DNA of 37,589 bases from Deltaproteobacteria bacterium (GTDB lineage Bacteria > SAR324 > NAC60-12). The stretch is from positions 1-37,589 of the forward strand of contig PBTB01000080.1 of the NCBI GenBank assembly GCA_002726945.1, in the 5' to 3' direction. Every line of letters begins with the position of its first letter. The stretch's first letter is position 1. The notes under the pieces are model-generated. The model had not been told where the DNA came from and did no database searches. It worked only from the letters and a program-made list of their open reading frames with translations. Positions 34,316 through 37,589 of the stretch are shown piece after piece. A program made the position numbers and the translations under genes.

Positions 34316-35998
34316 ATGTCATCCCCGGCCCCTGCGCCCTCGACCCACTTCATCCACAACATCATTCTCGACGACCTCAAGTCCGGTCGGGCTGAAACGG
34401 TCGTCACCCGGTTCCCTCCGGAACCAAACGGCTACCTGCACATCGGCCACGCCAAGTCGATCTGCCTCAACTTTGGAATTGTTCAAGAGTTCGGCGGCAA
34501 GTGCTTCATGCGCTTTGACGACACCAATCCGCTCAAGGAGGACGAGGAGTACGAGCAGTCCATCTTGGAGGACGTGCGCTGGCTGGGTTTCGACTGGGAG
34601 GAGCGGCTCACCCACGCCTCGGACTACTTCGAGCAGCTTTACGGCTACGCGGAGGAATTGATCCAGCAGGGCAAGGCGTATGTGGACAGCCTCTCCGCAG
34701 AGGAAATCCGGGGGCAGCGGGGCACCCTCACCGAACCCGGAGAGGACAGCCCGTATCGTGACCGCAGCATGGAGGAAAACCTAACCCTCTTCCAGAGAAT
34801 GCGGGCGGGAGAGTTCGCCGAGGGCGAGCAGGTGCTGCGGGCCAAAATCGAGATGGTCTCACCCAACCTCAACCTGCGCGATCCCGTGCTTTACCGCATC
34901 CGCAAGGTCTCGCACCAGCGTACCGGAACTGCGTGGTGCCTCTATCCACTCTACGATTTCACCCACGGTCTCTCAGACGCGCTGGAGGGCGTGACACACT
35001 CGCTCTGCACCCTGGAGTTTGAGGACCACCGCCCGCTCTACAACTGGATTCTCGATCAACTGGAAACCCCGGCCCGGCCCCGGCAGTACGAGTTTTCGCG
35101 CCTCAACCTCCAGCACACCGTCCTCAGCAAGCGCAAGCTCATCCAACTCGTCGAGGAAAAACGGGTTGCGGGCTGGGATGATCCGCGCATGCCCACGATC
35201 TCTGGACTGCGGCGGCGTGGCTACCCCCCGGAGGCGATCCGGCGGTTCTGCGAGCGCATCGGCATTTCCAAAGCCGCAAACAACATTGACATGGGCGTTT
35301 TGGAGAATTGCGTGCGGGAGGATTTGGACCCGAAGGTGCCGAGGGCAATGGTCGTGCTACGGCCCCTCAAGCTCACGATCACCAACTGGCCGGAGGGACA
35401 CACCGAAGAACTCGACGCCCCGAGACATCCCAAGCGTCCAGAACTGGGACGCCGCACGGTTCCACTTTCGAAAACCGTTTACATTGAGCAGGAGGATTTC
35501 TCGGAGGAACCACCGCAGGGTTTTCAGCGACTTGTTCCCGGAGGCGAGGTGCGCCTGCGTAATGCCTATGTCGTCCGTTGTGATGAAGTGGTGAGGGATG
35601 GCTCCGGAAACATCGTTGAGCTGCGCGGCACTTACGATCCGGACACCGCCAAGGGCAAAAAACCGGAGGGGCGCAAGGTCAAGGGCATCATCCATTGGGT
35701 TTCGGCCAGCCGCGCGCTTCCGGTCGAGGTGCGCCTCTACGACCGCTTGTTCACCGCCCCCAACCCGGGGGCCGACCAGCCAGAGGGGAATTTCTTGCAA
35801 GACCTCAACCCGGACTCCCGCGAGGTCCTGCCGCAAGCATGGGCCGAGGCAGGATTGGCAGGCACAGAGTCAGGAACCCGCTTCCAATTTGAACGTCTGG
35901 GGTACTTCATGACCGATCCGGTGGACTCGTGTCCGGAACACCCCGTCTTCAACCGCATTGTCACACTCCGGGATTCCTGGGGCGGGAAAAACCGCTAA
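34316..35998 (+). CDS. glnS: Glutamine--tRNA ligase
   Basis: [16 protein letters not shown] (HIGH motif), VLSKRKL (KMSKS motif); 560 aa, typical of bacterial GlnRS. Confidence 0.95.
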   Translation: MSSPAPAPSTHFIHNIILDDLKSGRAETVVTRFPPEPNGYLHIGHAKSICLNFGIVQEFGGKCFMRFDDTNPLKEDEEYEQSILEDVRWLGFDWEERLTHASDYFEQLYGYAEELIQQGKAYVDSLSAEEIRGQRGTLTEPGEDSPYRDRSMEENLTLFQRMRAGEFAEGEQVLRAKIEMVSPNLNLRDPVLYRIRKVSHQRTGTAWCLYPLYDFTHGLSDALEGVTHSLCTLEFEDHRPLYNWILDQLETPARPRQYEFSRLNLQHTVLSKRKLIQLVEEKRVAGWDDPRMPTISGLRRRGYPPEAIRRFCERIGISKAANNIDMGVLENCVREDLDPKVPRAMVVLRPLKLTITNWPEGHTEELDAPRHPKRPELGRRTVPLSKTVYIEQEDFSEEPPQGFQRLVPGGEVRLRNAYVVRCDEVVRDGSGNIVELRGTYDPDTAKGKKPEGRKVKGIIHWVSASRALPVEVRLYDRLFTAPNPGADQPEGNFLQDLNPDSREVLPQAWAEAGLAGTESGTRFQFERLGYFMTDPVDSCPEHPVFNRIVTLRDSWGGKNR

Positions 35999-36027
35999 GG
36001 ACAGCAAACACACCGAAATACTTTCCG

Positions 36028-37266
36028 ATGAAACTTTCCCTGAATCCAAGGGTCGCCGAACTTGAAGAATCGGCCACGCTGAAAATCAACCAAACCACAA
36101 AACTCATGAGGGAAGCCGGAGAAGATGTTTGTCATCTTGGATGCGCTGAGTCTCCGTTTCCGGTTCCAGAACTGCTCCAGCAGGCATTACGCGAAAACAC
36201 CCACCACAAAAGTTATTTGCCCGGACAGGGGTTACCGGAACTGCGGGAGGCGGTTGCGGGATTCTTCCGCAAGGAATTCGGATACGACGTGGACATGGAC
36301 CGCGTGTTTGTCGGTCCGGGAAGCAAGGAGTTGCTCTTCGATTTGTTGTATTTGTTGGAAGGCCCACTGCTCGTTCCTGCCCCAAGCTGGGTCAGCTACG
36401 GCCCGCAAACCCGGATGCTGGGCAAACCCGTGCAGTCCATTCTTACGCGCCGGGGAAACGGCTACCGACTTCAAGCGGAAGAACTGGAACGAGTGTGTCA
36501 AGCAACCGAAAGCGGCCAAAAATTATTGATTCTCAACAATCCGAGTAATCCAAGCGGAAGTGTTCACCACGCTCAAGAACTGCAAGAACTCGCCGAGGTC
36601 TGCCGACAGCATCATGTGATTGTGATCGCAGACGAAGTCTACGCCCTCGTCAACTTCAGTGATCGGCCTTTTGTGGGCATGGCCACCCTCTATCCGGAAG
36701 GCACCGTCGTGACCAGTGGGCTGTCCAAGGCGTTCTCTGCCGGAGGGTGGCGGCTCAGGGTGGCCCTGCTTCCGGAAGCCATGACTGATTTGGCTCAACC
36801 GTGGGGAGCCTTGGTGAGTGAGACCTTTAGTTGCACGAGCGCCCCGATCCAATACGCGGCAATTCCGGCCTTTGCCGAGTACGAGACGCTGCGCCCGGAA
36901 GTGGAGCGTTGCGTGACGATTCACCGTGCTGCCACAAAAGGCATGTGGCAAGCTCTTCTCGGCATCGGACTCAACTGCCCCGAACCGGAGGGGGCGTTCT
37001 ACCTGTTCCCTGATTTTGAGCCGTTCCGGGAAAAACTTGCGGCCCGGAATATCCACACCAGCACCGCCTTGGCCACCCAATTGCTGGAGAAGGCCAAAGT
37101 GGCGGTACTTCCCGGCTCGGCGTTCTACATGTCCCCGGAACACCTGAGCGTCCGGGTTTCTCCGGTGGACCACACCGGGGCTTCCTACGAAACAGGCTCC
37201 GAGTTTGGGCAGACGTTCCCAAAAATGGTGGAAGCGGCACAACGGATTGGATTGTTCCTTAACTAG
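36028..37266 (+). CDS. Pyridoxal-phosphate-dependent aminotransferase, class I/II
   Basis: LNNPSNPSGS, and SGLSKAFSAGGWRLR with the PLP-binding Lys. The start is called at the ATG at 36028 (MKLSLNPRVAELEESATLKI). The TAG stop at 37264-37266 spans the junction with the MITE-like element. Confidence 0.88.
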   Translation: MKLSLNPRVAELEESATLKINQTTKLMREAGEDVCHLGCAESPFPVPELLQQALRENTHHKSYLPGQGLPELREAVAGFFRKEFGYDVDMDRVFVGPGSKELLFDLLYLLEGPLLVPAPSWVSYGPQTRMLGKPVQSILTRRGNGYRLQAEELERVCQATESGQKLLILNNPSNPSGSVHHAQELQELAEVCRQHHVIVIADEVYALVNFSDRPFVGMATLYPEGTVVTSGLSKAFSAGGWRLRVALLPEAMTDLAQPWGALVSETFSCTSAPIQYAAIPAFAEYETLRPEVERCVTIHRAATKGMWQALLGIGLNCPEPEGAFYLFPDFEPFREKLAARNIHTSTALATQLLEKAKVAVLPGSAFYMSPEHLSVRVSPVDHTGASYETGSEFGQTFPKMVEAAQRIGLFLN

Positions 37267-37471
37267 TGCTTGGCCGAAAATTAGGTAACTCCATGATATT
37301 TAAGTGCATTCACCTATTTTCAAGAAGCGAAGATTTTGGGGAAACTCATCAAAAATCCCATTTTTTGCTGATTCTGGCCATCTGAACACGGTATCGAACA
37401 AATTTTCATCCTGTGAAATTGAAGAAATGTCATTTAATATCAGCAATTTGGGTATTTTTCGGCCAAGCACT
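37265..37471. mobile_element. AT-rich palindromic MITE-like non-autonomous element with terminal inverted repeats and a target-site duplication
   Basis: Left end AGTGCTTGGCCGAAAA (37265-37280) is the exact reverse complement of the right end TTTTCGGCCAAGCACT (37456-37471). The arms stay partly complementary inward for about 100 nt each. The element is flanked by AACT (37261-37264 and 37472-37475), or by TAACTA if the TIR is taken to start at GTGC. It contains no ORF. The right arm is 89/90 identical to window 1-90. Confidence 0.7.
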
Positions 37472-37589
37472 AACTAACCTGAGTTTTGCGAGTTTTCCCA
37501 CATTGAGCAGGTGACATTCTGTAAAAAATGATTTAAGATACTGATGTTACGAAATTCATCTAACATATTGAAATAACTTACTAAAAACA

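Noticed and set aside
33265-34407. 380-aa ORF antisense across the M43 protease 3' end, the HEAT gene and the glnS start
   Set aside because: It spans two genes and an intergenic region. It is rich in R/G/P/S, with no signal or motif. I treat it as a shadow ORF.
1-37475. The segment between the two direct repeats as a genomic island, prophage or integrative element with attL and attR
   Set aside because: The content is core housekeeping (mutS, glnS, rpoN, rpsU, rpmF, plsX, pckA). There is no integrase, transposase, tRNA target or compositional shift inside. The repeats are better explained as two copies of a dispersed MITE-like element.

Overview
This is a GC-rich bacterial chromosomal segment packed with about 36 genes on both strands, almost all housekeeping. 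In order: an ABC-2 exporter (ATPase, permease, GldG-like auxiliary protein), rpoN, pspA, rpsU, a membrane protein, coaD and mutS, pckA, a GspE/PilB-type ATPase, a polyprenyl synthase, a CheY-like regulator with trpC, an EamA transporter, a lone fliG, dus, an operon of sugar transferase, pseudopilin, alpha/beta hydrolase and RDD protein, ccmH, gcdH, trpD, a GDPD phosphodiesterase, a rhodanese-NfuA fusion, plsX-rpmF-yceD-fdxA, an M43 lipoprotein with a HEAT protein, glnS and an aminotransferase. Scattered flagellar and trp genes, an orphan pseudopilin, sigma-54 and a GldG-like protein suggest a PVC-group bacterium (Verrucomicrobiota or Planctomycetota), but this is inference only. I saw no rRNA, tRNA, CRISPR, integrase, transposase or recognisable defence or toxin module, and I found no convincing new multi-gene system. 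Four signals are not explained by the ORF track. (1) A SelW/Rdx-like selenoprotein gene (7152-7373, minus) has an in-frame TGA in a CxxU motif and an fdhF-like SECIS hairpin; the ORF track cannot show it. (2) An AT-rich, roughly 207-bp palindromic MITE-like element sits exactly on the stop codon of the last gene, and a second, truncated copy lies at the window start, so two direct copies bracket the window. (3) A 454-bp non-coding region with G7 and G9 tracts lies upstream of trpD. (4) Several structured intergenic segments and a few proteins with visibly degenerate catalytic motifs or unusual domain fusions. Several ORF-track starts are TTG, or upstream ATGs I judge unlikely to be used; I re-called starts where family N-termini made that possible.
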